A DNA stretch of 63,889 nucleotides, filler included, from Octopus bimaculoides (GCF_001194135.2; 3 parts of 3 records of this genome joined end to end with filler, not necessarily neighbours in it), one strand, 5' to 3'; numbered from the whole stretch's first letter, positions 12,836 through 27,631 are shown. Translations and numbers: made by a program. The notes: a model not told the origin generated them from the letters alone.

Positions 12836-14302
12836 ATATTAAGCATAATTGTATTTTTATTATCTTGAACTTTGGAATTTTGAACTTTGAAATTTTAAAA
12901 CAATATTAAGTGTAATTGTGTTTTTATTATTTTGAACTTCAAATCCATCCTATGTGAACTTCATCTATAAAAATCCATTATGGCTCGAGACAATAGTGCT
13001 CTACTTAATAAACAAGTAGTCTTATCAATACAATCTAAAGTTACCACGTTAGCAACAAAAAACAGAAATTCTGAGAGGTGTGTTACTTTTGCGAGTTCTG
13101 AGTTGAAATCTACCCCAGGTTAAATTCACAGGTCTTTGAAGTAATGCAGCTGAAAAGATTTTGGGGTTCGATAGAAGCTAATGGATATGTAATCACATTC
13201 CTGGAAATGTGTCAAACTCTTGAGCTCAGAATCACCTCCGCCGCCACCACCATCACTGACATCATCATCTACACCATTGTAATCACTCGCAGTAGCAGGC
13301 TCTTCCTCCTCTTTTTTCTTCTTCTTCACTTCGTCTTCACCGTCATTACCTACGACATCATCATCATCATCTGCAGCAACATAATTATCATCGTCATTAT
13401 CATCATCAACGGCAGCTACTGGAAGAGCGTAATGAAGAAATACAACGGCATGATGATGATGATCATCATCATCATCATCATTACCACCAGCAGCAGTAGC
13501 AGCAGCATCATCATCATCATTTATAAATATTAATGTTTATATTGTTTTAAAAAAATATTGTTGATGTTGCAATTAATGGTGTTTTAACTATTGAGAGCGA
13601 TTGGAAATTGATTTTTATTGTTATTTATTTAGTTACTATTTTTACGGTTTTGGTTTGTTTCGTTTTCACACTCACTTGTAATTCATGTCATGTAACTTGG
13701 CACCTGAAACAAAAGTGGTAAAGACAAAGAAATCGAATATCAAAAGAAATTGACAAAAATGTGACGAAAGATTAAAAGAAAAGATGAATAATTCTTATCA
13801 CAAGTATTCATGAGATAACAACTACATGAAAATAAAACAAAAAAATATTAACTACGAAATAATGAAATAATGAAATAATGTAATAGGGAGAGAGCGAGTG
13901 TGTTTGTGTGAGAGAGGGAAGGGAGACAAATAGAGAGGGTGAGAAGTGGAAGTAAAGAGAGTGTGAGAGTGAAAGAAAGTGAATGGCGGAGAAAATTTTA
14001 CGTCACGTGGATTCGGGAGTAAGTTTACATTCATTTTAATTTTAAACGGCATCGAATGGATGCAGTCAGTAAGTTACACACCCACACACCAAAACAAACT
14101 AAAATGCGCAAACACACTCCCACACGAGCACGCACATACACAAATATATATATAGTCTTTTATATTTTTTTTACTTATTTTGGTCAAATCCACTCCAAGA
14201 CGTATATTTTGTATGCCTAGTACATATTCTAAGGACGTAATCACTCTAACGGCGTTTGTCAAGCGATGGTGGGGTGACAAACACAAACACACAAACATAT
14301 AC

Positions 14303-14335
<33 letters not shown>

Positions 14336-16439
14336 AGTATACGACGGGCTTCTTTCAACTTCCGCCTAACAAATCCACTCTCAAGGTTTTCGTCGGCCCA
14401 AAGCTATAGTACAAAACATTTGCCCAAGGTGCCACGCAGTGGGAATGAACCCGGAACCATGTNNNNNNNNNNNNNNNNNNNNNNNNNNNNNNNNNNNNNN
14501 NNNNNNNNNNNNNNNNNNNNNNNNNNNNNNNNNNNNNNNNNNNNNNNNNNNNNNNNNNNNNNATATATATATATATGTGTGCATGTGTTTCGTATTTCAT
14601 TGTATGCGCATGGGCATTTTGTTATTGTTTTTTTTTGGGGGGGGGATTACTTTGGTTCTTCTACTTCTTTATAGACAATGCCAAGCACTGTGATAAATTC
14701 CGTTGCTAGAGCTATTTATCTATTTGATCAATTCATTGCCGAGAGAGTTATGTAAAATCATAGCAGCTGCCTTTGTCCATAAATTATTCACGAACATGTG
14801 ACACCGTATTGCGTCTAGCTGTTGGATATGAGAAAAGAGAGAAATGGTATAGATAAAGACACAAAAGCATGCACACACATACACACTGTGAGAAAGTGGG
14901 AAATACAGCGAAAAAGTGATGGAGAAGGAGATATATTTCTTCTTACAGAAGCCAGAAACCTAAATATCCATTCCTTTGCGGCAATAAATATTCTATATTT
15001 AAAATCTCAGCCTCGACAAGTACTCACTACCAACCAATATAATTTCCATTTTATTCTGAATTCAGAATTCATTGAGAATGAAGCGAATGACCGTTTGCAG
15101 GTTAACACTACATTATAGAGCTGGATCGTTTATTGTGTAAGTCTACTACTTTCTCAGGATATTATAGTTACGACGATTGTCGTTTGACAGCAATCTCACT
15201 ATAACATAAATTTCATAGTGTAAGAATAAAAGGTGGCGTAACGTAACGTGAAGGCTATTGTCTTCTTATATTAATTTTCATAAGTTTTATTTATTCACTT
15301 AGTCCAAGTTCCGTGTTAATTCAATCACTTCTGAGTGGCTTTTATCACGCTAGGCTTTAACCTCTTTCTTTTCGTTTATATATGCATATGTCTATGTATA
15401 AACATATATACGTATGTATGCATAGTGACATATATATATATATATATATATATATANNNNNNNNNNNNNNNNNNNNNNNNNNNNNNNNNNNNNNNNNNNN
15501 NNNNNNNNNNNNNNNNNNNNNNNNNNNNNNNNNNNNNNNNNNNNNNNNNNNNNNNNNNNNNNNNNNNNNNNNNNNNNNNNNNNNNNNNNNNNNNNNNNNN
15601 NNNNNNNNNNNNNNNNNNNNNNNNNNNNNNNNNNNNNNNNATACATACACAAACATACATATGTGAATATATATTCTTTTAATTGTTTCTGTTATCTGAA
15701 AGCAGCCATGCTGGATCAACGTCTTTAGTCGAAGAAATTGACCCCAGGATTTATTCTTTGTAAGCCTAGTGCCTACTCGATCGGTTCCTATTGCCGAGAC
15801 GCTGTGTTACAGAGACTTAGGTGCACTAACACAGGATGATGGGGGGGAGGGGTGACTAACACAGTCACACAATTACACACGCACGCACACACATATATAT
15901 GTATACGACGGGCTTCTTTCAGTTTCCGTCTACCAAATCCACTCACAAGGCTTTTCATCATGGTGAGAGCAAACAAGACCTGACCTGTAGATTGGCTGAT
16001 AAATTTAGCATGTTAGGTATAGTCTTTTGCGGTTTGTAGTCGTCATCTTTCAGCTATATGTTCAAAAACTACCAAGATGCTTTCTTGTAATTGTCCTACT
16101 TTCTGGAAAGATCCAGGTCAGTGAGCTGGTAGAAACGTTTGCACGCTGGACAAAATGCTTAGGGGGATTTTGTCCACCTTCACGCTCCATAACTAAGTTA
16201 GACACTGGGGTTGATGTAATTGACTGGTCCATTTTTGGGGAAGATATAATATGATACCAAAATAGGGTCGCTTAGAGGATGCATTTAGAGCATTTGATGC
16301 AGAAATCTGCAGCGTCTCTCGCGTCTTTTATACTCTGTGCATTCACTTATTTATAGTAAATATTCCTGTATGGAGTCAACTAAATTCTGTAAATATAAAA
16401 CGCACAAGGGATGACGAAGGGAGATAAACCTTCTTTTAT

Positions 16440-16650
16440 TTGAGGATTTCTTCTCACAGTTGAAGGCACATCTGCGATGTTTTTCTCAGTTCTGCTGGTT
16501 GCGGGTCTCCTAGAACGTTCATCAATATCGACATTCTGCTGTCATCTTGGATAAGTCTGAAGAAGTTGATACTGGTTCATACACTCCTCTCCACACAAAT
16601 TCTGCAACTTTCTGTAGGTTTCTGAGAAGGTATCAGCAAGACAACGTTCT
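16440..16650 (-). mobile_element. Decayed mariner-type transposase N-terminal (HTH) fragment
   Basis: Minus-strand translation SETYRKLQNLCGEECMN...DIDERSRRPATSRTEKNIADV resembles mariner ETY..L...YGE.CM...DD.RSGRP.T...ENI; contains a stop. Confidence 0.55.
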
Positions 16651-16863
16651 CTGTCATGGGGAAATCTACGAACACGCGCTACACACCTTCATTCCAAGAA
16701 ATGGTGTAAATAACAGCAGAGAGTTAGAATGTCAAAACTCAGTGCGCATGCACAGCAGAGTTCAAGGTCAGTCTGTACAATGCAGCTTCACTGTGCGTGC
16801 TTTAGTTTCGTTACTATGGCAACAATCTGGATGCTTATTGATCAGATCATGTATAGAAATATA

Positions 16864-16897
<34 letters not shown>

Positions 16898-17281
16898 NNN
16901 NNNNNNNNNNNNNNNNNNNNNNNNNNNNNNNNNNNNNNNNNNNNNNNNNNNNNNNNNNNNNNNNNNNNNNNNNNNNNNNNNNNNNNNNNNNNNNNNNNNN
17001 NNNNNNNNNNNNNNNNNNNNNNNNNNNNNNNNNNNNNNNNNNNNNNNNNNNNNNNNNNNNNNNNNNNNNNNNNNNNNNNNNNNNNNNNNNNNNNNNNNNN
17101 NNNNNNNNNNNNNNNNNNNNNNNNNNNNNNNNNNNNNNNNNNNNNNNNNNNNNNNNNNNNNNNNNNNNNNNNNNNNNNNNNNNNNNNNNNNNNNNNNNNN
17201 NNNNNNNNNNNNNNNNNNNNNNNNNNNNNNNNNNNNNNNNNNNNNNNNNNNNNNNNNNNNNNNNNNNNNNNNNNNNNNNNN

Positions 17282-17318
<37 letters not shown>

Positions 17319-17362
17319 AGTGTGTGTATTGCGAGAGAAAAAAGAGAGAGAGAGAGAGAGAT

Positions 17363-17398
<36 letters not shown>

Positions 17399-17462
17399 AT
17401 GTATGCATGCACTATACACCAATATAAGTAGACATATATAAATATACATGTATACCCCCATA

Positions 17463-17495
<33 letters not shown>

Positions 17496-18225
17496 GCATA
17501 TAAATGTATATATACATATATATGTGTGTGTGTATTTATACATATATGTACATAGAATCATACGTATCTCATACAAATATATATACAATATACATAAACA
17601 AATCTACAGATCACAGGAAAGTGTTAGGATTTGTCGGGAAAATAACAGAACATGACAATAAAGCAAACAAGAAACAAAACCAAAAAAAAAATAAACAGGA
17701 AGAAAAATTGACAAAGAACCAAAAACCTTAAGTGAACACAAATAACAAAATAACAATATAACACGAAAACAATAGAACATAGGAACAAAATAGGAATTAT
17801 TCTCATATATCATTCGAAGACAATATTGGTAACAAACAAGAGGAGAAAGATGAATAATCGTGCCCTCGTTTATCATATTGACAATATAAACTTGTGACCG
17901 GTTATGGGGTGAGTAAGTAAAGAGTATTATCGTTATAATATAGAAATTAGTAGATTTATAATAAATAGTTTCTTTTTGGTGGTGGTGTTTATGTTATATA
18001 TTTATTATTTTTGCTAGCATTTCTCTGTAGGTCTGTTTGTTCCTTTGGCTCTGAAACGGTAATGTAATAAAAGCAATAAAATGATCTCAGAATTGTCTCT
18101 TCTGTTTTCGTTGGTAACAATGGCTCATATGTATTCCTTATATTCGTATTTATGTTTGTGTCTGTATGTCTGTCTGTCTATCTATTTATCTATCTATCTG
18201 TACGTATACATACATACACACACAG

Positions 18226-18288
<63 letters not shown>

Positions 18289-21190
18289 CGCGCGTTTATC
18301 TTTGTGTATCTCTTTTGTAAAATTAATCTATCCCAGTACTTATTTATTTAAAGCCTGTAGCCTGTTAGAGAACCGCTAAGCTCTGTAAATATATATACTG
18401 CATACATATACAGCGATAGGTGTGTATGTGCGCGTGTGTATTTATGCATATATAGATGTTGGGAAAAAGAATGTAAGAGATCGATATGGCGTTGACGTAC
18501 TGTAAATAATTTCCCCACAAGAGTAATCACGGGTAAAATAGATAACACAGACGCTACTGTGATTTTCATGTTACTTTCATACTGCAGTATTAATGTAAAA
18601 CAATCTAAATGGTAGCTAGTTGAGAATTAAATGCATCATACAGGACAGGCTGTGATACGTTCTCGGGATTCATCACTCCATACTCCCTATCCTGTACACA
18701 CATCGAAGTTTCTTTTCTAACGAATACTGGATGAGAACTGTTCTAATTCACCTGTCAACTGTCTACTTTCTTTCTTTAGGCATAGTGTTATATAAATGTG
18801 TGTTAGTAGTCTTTTAAATCGTCTTCAGTACTGCATGTTTTGTCAACACCAGAAGAGTGAAACTAAATTTAAACTCGGTGAGGTATTTGAACTCTGAACA
18901 TAATGGTGTGTAACAAAATATCGCTAAGTTAGTATTGCACCACTTCGGTCGTCAACTGTATTTAGCGTTTTACTGATAGTTAACATAGAAATAAGTCTTT
19001 AAGATTGCATAATCGATTTAAGCCAACTATACTACCCAATGGTTCATCTTAGTAGTATTTGAACGGAAATCCTTTGTATTAAATTCAAGTTACTTTGTTT
19101 GTCACTCCACTAATTCTGCCAAAACACCACTATATATAAATACAGTCGAAAATTGTATTACTAAGTATTTCAGCGAAACGAAAATCTGCCTGGGTGCTCA
19201 GCCAAGTACCTTAGTCTATATTGAATCTAATTCATTCTTTCCACGAATTATACCGTGATGTCCTCTAGTGAAGCTTATACATTCTACACTTCAGTTACAT
19301 TTGTGAATGTCCGTTAGTGAAGCTTGAGCAGTTGCAAATTTAATTCCACACACCTTCTATAAATACATCGCTGCCATTGAATGCAAGGAAGCATTATTTT
19401 GAATTGGTCGGCAGGCAGAAATGTTAAGGACGTCTGACTAAAGTGAAGTATTTGGTAACGTTAAAGCTAACATACTTAATGGGGCAAACAATAAAGCTAG
19501 AGTTAATAAAGAATTTACTATTGTCGAGGAGAGGTGAGCATTGAACAAATTCTTCAAGCATATCACGAAATAGAGAGAGTCGACATCTCAAAGTATCGAG
19601 AAAAACGATATCGATTAAAGAGCTCATCATATGTATTAATTAGGGTGCTAAGAAGACACATATACAATATGAAGGGCGACATTAACCTAATGATTTTATA
19701 AAGGCAATTTCATACACGTTTCTGCTTTATTAGACATCCTCAGCAAAATATGTTAAGTGTCGACAATATGAAAGTATCTCATTGTTATATTGTAATGCAT
19801 TCGTGATAGAATTTTACAAACTTTAATGCCTGCAAGATATGCTTTTAACGTTATTTCTATCAAGATTCTAAAAAAATTCCGACATGCAAGGACAACTTCA
19901 AATACGTTCCTGTCTTATTACACATCCTCAGCATAATATAAAAAGTGTCGACAATAAGAAAATACATCATTGTTACATCATTACATAATCACGATTTAAT
20001 TTTACGAATGTTAATGCCTACCAGGGAGGCGTGTAGCAACTATTCTCGCAAGTTTCTTCAACTCTTACTAATCTATCGGGGTAGATTCGACTTCTTTCTA
20101 CATTTATATACTTCAAACCCTTCGTTTCTCTTTTACATTCTCCTTGCAAAGGAATAGATTCAATAAGGCTTGTGGCTCTACACTTTTTAGATGATTGATC
20201 TAACTTTGTATCAAATTATTTTCCGTCGTCTTGTGAGAGACGTGTTATATGAGAGGTACTGCGATCAATATAATTCTCTGATTTGGGTTCCGTTGACAGA
20301 AAAAGAAGCTGTTATCAAATGGTCACATATATATATACGCACATATACACATGCAAACAAATATACGTATATAAGAACGCATGCATATATTTTATGATAT
20401 AAATCCACGACTATTTACACATGCAAACATACATACGTATACATACGTACGTACATACACATTCAATAAAAGGTTGCGTAAAGCTTCACATTGGTTTAAC
20501 TTACAGATATTCACATATATGTTCAGTATGCTGAGACTTCGAGTCTGTATTTACGAATATGAGCTCATATTATAGATACATATATATATATATATATATA
20601 TANNNNNNNNNNNNNNNNNNNNNNNNNNNNNNNNNNNNNNNNNNNNNNNNNNNNNNNNNNNNNNNNNNNNNNNNNNNNNNNNNNNNNNNNNNNNNNNNNN
20701 NNNNNNNNNNNNNNNNNNNNNNNNNNNNNNNNNNNNNNNNNNNNNNNNNNNNNNNNNNNNNNNNNNNNNNNNNNNNNNNNNNNNNNNNNNNNNNNNNNNN
20801 NNNNNNNNNNNNNNNNNNNNNNNNNNNNNNNNNNNNNNNNNNNNNNNNNNNNNNNNNNNNNNNNNNNNNNNNNNNNNNNNNNNNNNNNNNNNNNNNNNNN
20901 NNNNNNNNNNNNNNNNNNNNNNNNNNNNNNNNNNNNNNNNNNNNNNNNNNNNNNNNNNNNNNNNNNNNNNNNNNNNNNNNNNNNNNNNNNNNNNNNNNNN
21001 NNNNNNNNNNNNNNNNNNNNNNNNNNNNNNNNNNNNNNNNNNNNNNNNNNNNNNNNNNNNNNNNNNNNNNNNNNNNNNNNNNNNNNNNNNNNNNNNNNNN
21101 NNNNNNNNNNNNNNNNNNNNNNNNNNNNNNNNNNNNNNNNNNNNNNNNNNNNNNNNNNNNNNNNNNNNNNNNNNNNNNNNNNNNNNNNNN

Positions 21191-21224
<34 letters not shown>

Positions 21225-23069
21225 AAGAGAGAGAGAGAGAGAGAGAGATAGTATTTCACTTGGCCTATACGGCTTTTGATTACAACACTTCTTTTAACGT
21301 TAGGGTAGACACAGAGCTGTCATCAGCTCTGATAAGTATTGTAAGACCCTCTCGCCACGAACATTTTATCTTAACTTTTTAACTTATCAGTTTCATTTTT
21401 TTTTTTGTCAGCAGTTTTTTTCTTTCACGTAACCCTAGCGGTTATTGCAATTTATTGGAATGTGAATAAGTTCATACATCCCGACATAGCAATGGGTAAT
21501 GGACTTTCCCATGCAGTTATATATCAGAGATAGAACCTAATTCTTTTTTCCCCTCTGTATTCTGCTAGATGTAGCATTAAATATCTACCTGAAACACAAA
21601 AGGAAATATTCTTACATACGCTAAGTTTATATATAATAAGACTGACAAAAGGAAAGAAAAGTGAAAAGAAACTGAAGTCTTTGGTCTTGTGTGTAACTAC
21701 TACTACTACTACAATACAAGAACTAATACAACGTTCGCTGCTCCTGCTACTAAGCCATTTCTTCTCTTCTTGCTCGTGGAACCAAATCTCAATTACGTCT
21801 GTCAGCCATTCTATCACAAGGTTTTTCATTTTCAAAATAATTATCGCCGCCATTGTTTTGTGCGTGTGAGTGTGTGTTTATGAGCGTGTGTGAAGTAATG
21901 AGACAAAGAGAGAGAGAGAGAGAGAGAATGAAACTAGCGTCTGTGGAATTGCTTAAGCATTAAGTTGAATCGTATTTCTTCTTAACCGGGTGGGTGAACT
22001 TGTTCGTAGATTGGTAAATCGGTGAATGAATGAATCTTCCGATAGACCTGTAATGCGAGAGGAATTGCAATCAATATGTCTGACGCCATATCAATGTAGA
22101 GAACAACTATGTATGACGGTATCTAGCTTGTTTCAAAGCAACTAAATCCTAGGTAAACTTAACGGAAAATAGCTTTTAACACAAAATGACAAAAACCTTT
22201 CATCCATATTAGATGTGTTTCTTAAATGTGAGTATTGAAGTTTGACAGACGCGTTCAACCTCTGAAATACATTCCGAACAACCGCCTGCTATAAATTCTT
22301 ATTGATATTAAAGAATAATTCTTGTTCATATTGTTGTTGCTATTTTAGTAGTAGTAGTAGTAGTAGTAGTAGTTGGTGTCGTCGTTGTCCATCTTCTTCT
22401 TCTTCTTCTTCCACTTTTCGGACTACATCTTTAACATACCCTTCTTCAGTATTTCTCTTCCTTTCATATCTGAGCCTTCTTCATCCTCTTTTCCTCCTCC
22501 TCTTCTTCTTCTTCCTCCTTTTTCTTCTTGTTTTTTTTTTTTTTTCAATATTATTAATGAGTTGGAATTTCGTACGAGATCAACTTTGCTTTCATCCATG
22601 CCAGATCGATAACATAAAGTACTAATCAAGCACAGGGGTAGATTTTAAAGATTAAGCCCCTCCACTCAAATTTGCGCCCCGATATTTAAATCAGAAACAG
22701 TTATTGTTGCCGTTGCTGCTTTGTTGTTTTTGCTGGTTGTGATGCTGGTGATGGTGGTGGCGATGGTTGTGGTTGGCGATGATCATGCTGATGCTGTTTT
22801 CCATATTGCTGGTCTTCTCCAAATTGTTGATGTTGCTATAATTGTTGCTTTCACACTTAGGCACAAGCCAGGATGTACGAAGAAGTCGGGAAATGATTAC
22901 GTTGACCCCAATACACAAATACTTCATGTTTTATCGATCCCGAAATAATAAAAGGCAGATTCGACCCCTGATGTTGAACTCAGAACGTACAGACGGACAA
23001 AATGCCGTTAAGCGTTTTGCATGGTGTGCTAACGATTCTGCCAGCTCGCCACCTTAATAATAACAATAA

Positions 23070-23635
23070 GAGTCGTCATGACCATATAGCAAGGAATATC
23101 CATTGGACACTTTGCAACAAGTATGGACGAAAAAAGTGGTAGGAACATAAACCTGAAGGCATCATCGAAAATGATAATGCAAAGATCCTATGGGATTTTA
23201 TAATACAGTGTGACCATAAGATAGAGACTAAGGAACCAGACAGTGTTAATTGAGAAAGAAAGCAAACGATGCTAGATCATAGATATAGCATGCCCAGCGG
23301 AAAAGTGTGTGATATGGAAGAAAGAAAAGTCGATAGATATGAGAGGTTAGCTTGAGAGGTTAAGCAGTTATAGTCGCTGAAAAAGGTGGTAGTAGTACCA
23401 ATAATTGTCGGAGCCCTGGGAACAGTGAGTGAAAATATTCAGAAACGCATGACACATAAGAGCTACGAGAACGGTGGAGCACTTGCAGAAAAGAACACTG
23501 CTTGGAACCGCTCGAATACTCTGGATGGTGCTCGATAATTAAGGTGTGTTACCTTAGTTCATTGGTAGTAGACAGCTGGCACCGTAGTACATCTCCAAAG
23601 ATAGAAACCGTACAAATCCAGTAAGTAATAATAAT
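23070..23635 (+). mobile_element. 5'-truncated non-LTR retrotransposon, REL endonuclease end (Dong/R4-like)
   Basis: Peptides RHDHIARNIHWTLCNKYG, KPEGIIENDNAKILWDF, IIDIACP, VVPIIVGALGTV and LGTARIL, broken by frameshifts and stops; TAA runs on both sides. Confidence 0.8.
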
Positions 23636-26600
23636 AGTGGTGGTAGTAGCAGCAGCAGTAGCAGTAGTAGTAAGAGTGATGATAAATACCCTGATGCAGT
23701 ACAAGGCAGTGACTCTTATGACTTCTGACATAACTGATTGGAAGTGTTATCATTTATACTCTTTTTGTCTTGGTATAAAAGATGGGCTACAGCAAATCTT
23801 CATCTCAACACCATAGATTTGCTTCTCCGATTTTGAACATTAAACAGCTGAGCATGCCCCTGTTTGGCTGACGATATGTATATCTCTGATCACGAGCAGA
23901 AGTAGAGTGGGGGAGCATCATAGCCATGTGTTGAAAGGGATACTTGGATAACTCACCTTTTGAAACATGTGTGTTTCGTTTAACATCACAAAATACCCCT
24001 TATTCAGAGACCATTTGAGCGGATGGGCTACTCCACGTGACGAACATTCTGAGCCCCACCTCCAAGGTAATGCGCTGTTTATCTTGATACGAGGTCACCA
24101 TTTCGAGCATATACGGTTGTGATTCATGTATTTGGTGTAGCCTTATCAGACGGGTAGTCATGATGGGTATACTGGGCTTCGTATATTTTGCCCCAGAGTC
24201 ACTTTGATGGTATGCACTGCTCTCTCGCTCAATAATGATAATAGTAATAATAATAATAATCCTTTCTACTGGAGATACAAGGACCCAAATTTGCAGGGGA
24301 GGGGACTAGTCGATTACATCGACCTCAGTGTTTCACTAGTACTTAATCTATCGGCCCTGAAAAGATGAAATGCAGTCGACCTCGGCGAAATTTGCGCTTA
24401 GAACATAAGGACGGACGAAATATCATTAAGCATTTTGCCCGGCGTGCTAACGACTCTGCCAGTTCGGCACCTTGATTGTAATGATGATGATGATGATAAT
24501 AATAATAATAATAATAATAACGGTTTCAGATTTTTCCACAAGAGCAACCATTTTTTTTTTCTTTTGCTTTTTTTTTTTGTGGGGTGGGTGAAATGAGTCG
24601 ATTACATCGATCCTAGTGTTTCACTATTTTCTGTATGTTATATGTGCATATTTGTTAGTCCTGATGTTTTTGTTGTGTATTTGTCTGAATATGTTTTTGT
24701 TATCACACCTAATGTGCCCACTATGGCAGGAATTATTATCATTATTATTATTGATATCGTTCTTTCAATGTTGGTTCAGATGTGTTTCTGACTGCAATCT
24801 TTAAGATTGCAGTCTTTAAGAAGTGATACTATTAAAAATTTTGTAATTCTCATTCATCATAACAGTCTTGGGCTCGTTGCTCATAGAAACTCTCATGCTA
24901 TGTATTTATTTATTTATTTATGTGTTTCAGCCAAGTGGCTGCGGTCATGCTGGTGCACCACCGTGAAAAATTTAAGGTTTCAGCTATATACATATTATTG
25001 TGCAATTATCACCCCATTGCATTCTATCATAGCTGTGGGTTATGTATTTTTGACTAGTTTACAGCATTGCTTCAGTCTATAATTAATGAAATTTTCATAT
25101 TTTCTGCACGCTCTACATTTATTCTCTTGTGGCTATTATTTCATGATAGACTAAAACCGATTGAGTAGATTTACATTAAGCGTCTTAAAACTACGACCGT
25201 ACATTATTTGTGTTAAACATACTCAACATAATATAACTTTACTGAATATGCACTTCCATATTTCTTAAGTGTTCTTTGGAATGAAATGGAATGGATTGAA
25301 AGATGTTTGCCTCGACTATTTGAAGGAGAATATTCTCACAGAACATATTTCCTCAATATTTCACTGTATTTTTAGACAGAAGCTCTACATTACTTCACCC
25401 CAAACTCACGTAAATTTACTTCAATTTCACACAACTAATGCGATTGTGAAAATATGAAATTTATTCTTCTCGTTTCTTCACCAATACGCTGTAAAGCGGT
25501 AATCGATAGTATGTTTACAGTAGGTAAATGCTGGCTTAAAAGTGAGGCCACTCATGTTAATGAGGTTAACTGAAGTTTTATTTGACACCAATAACCTTTG
25601 GCACCGAGTTATGTATGTCATACATGATCTCTCGTACAAATCAGTACAGAATATATCTCGTATCTTTGCCATATTTTATTGATTGCATTCTAAGACATGG
25701 GTGAGATATTTTTTTTTTTCCGTTTATGGAGAGAACCTCTTATGTATTTTTGAAAATATGTTTTCGAATTATTATTTCTTTTATTAATGAGGCCGTTATT
25801 AAAAATTGAACATTAATTAAGAATTCTAGAGTTGGGGTTAATTGAATTGACTTTTTTGTTTTGCATTATTTAATTTCTTTTTAATCTTTTTTTAAATCGG
25901 GGACTGATTAAAATGTTTCGCATCTCTTGCAAATGGTGAATTGATTGCAATAATTGATTTTTTTTTTTCATACGGGAATCAAATGGCCAATTGAAAATTG
26001 TTATATTTTTGTCTTTATTTTTTCGATATGAATTGTACAATGAAAACATTCACCCGATGCATTTAAACATCGTTAGGTAACGTGTGCCATAGAATGAAAG
26101 TACTGTAAGGGCCACAATTACTGCATCTAATTGATCATTCGACCAACTACAATAACCAGCCAAAGTAGTAAATATGATACACTACATTTTCAAAAAACTG
26201 AGATTAGAGAATTTAATTTATATTTGAAACAAAGCGTAAAGAAGAACCAGATCCATCCTGACTGCAAGTATTTTTAGCAAAGGTCATCTCGATCAGATCT
26301 GACTTCATATTGAATAATAGCACAAACAGCAATAACAATCACAACGAATGTCTTGATGATATAATTTCTGTTTCAAGTCATTTCATAATACATGGCCCTC
26401 AGAACATCGTTTGTTTTAATTTGAATATATATACATACATACATGCGCACACGCAAACACTCGCGCACGCATATAATATTACTATTATGTATAGTATATA
26501 TAACATTCGTATTATATATATATCATATATTCACATATATATGACATAAAAACAGGTACGATAGATAGATAGATAGATAGATAGATAGTAATACCTAGAG

Positions 26601-26889
26601 GGAGATAGAGACGAATCAACAGATACCGTCATACATACTCATGCACACAAACATACAAAACAGACGTGTGTCTGTCTGTCTATCTGTGTGTATACATATA
26701 TTTCATCTTTGTATTTGGTTTGCAAGATTCTTCATGTGAATTCGTGTGTTGAAGCATATTTTGTTGTGTCTGTGGAGAGTCATTCTCTTTTAATACCAGA
26801 TTAATTCACCGGTTCACTTCCCACTCATTTCCTTTTTTTTTTTTTTTTTTTTTTTTCTAAAATCCTTCGTTGCTTCTTGCAACCTCATC

Positions 26890-27262
26890 ATTACTGACTT
26901 ATAGAGAAAGGTTGCAGAAATGATTATGCAGTAAGCATAAGGGATCCGATTCCAGTGCGCAGTGATAGGAGCAGGTCTTTACTACAACAGTTGTAATTTA
27001 GTTTCATTACCACGAGTTGACTGGTGCGAATATGGCAGACAGAGATTGTGCATGATCAGAAGCCTGCCGTGTCTATACCTGTGTTCCCTGCACGTATATA
27101 AATATGTTTATACATCTATACATCTACCTACCTATCTATCTATCTATCTATCTATATATCTATCCATCACTCTGTCTATCTATCTATCTACCTGTCTATC
27201 GATCTGTCTGTCTGTCTATCGATCCGTCTATCTATCTATCTATCTGCCTGTCTATCGATCTG

Positions 27263-27330
<68 letters not shown>

Positions 27331-27631
27331 CCCACCCATATATACATATATATATATATATCTAGATAGATGGATAGATAGATAGATGTTCAGATGGATG
27401 GATGGATAAATGGCTAGAGTGATACATAGATATAGATAGACAGACGGATGGGTTGATTGATATGCTATTTTTACTCTACTCTTATACTTGTTTCAGTCAT
27501 TTGACTGTGGCCATCTAGATAAATAAATAGATAGATAGAAAAGAGCTGCTCCAATCACTGCGCACTTGAATCGGATCAGTTATGCTTACTATATAATCAT
27601 CCCCTGTGACCTTTCTATATAAGTCAGCAAT
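26890..27631. mobile_element. Foldback element with ~90-bp diverged inverted repeats enclosing (TCTA)n and (TAGA)n arrays
   Basis: 26890-26980 is the reverse complement of 27540-27631 with scattered mismatches. Confidence 0.7.
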
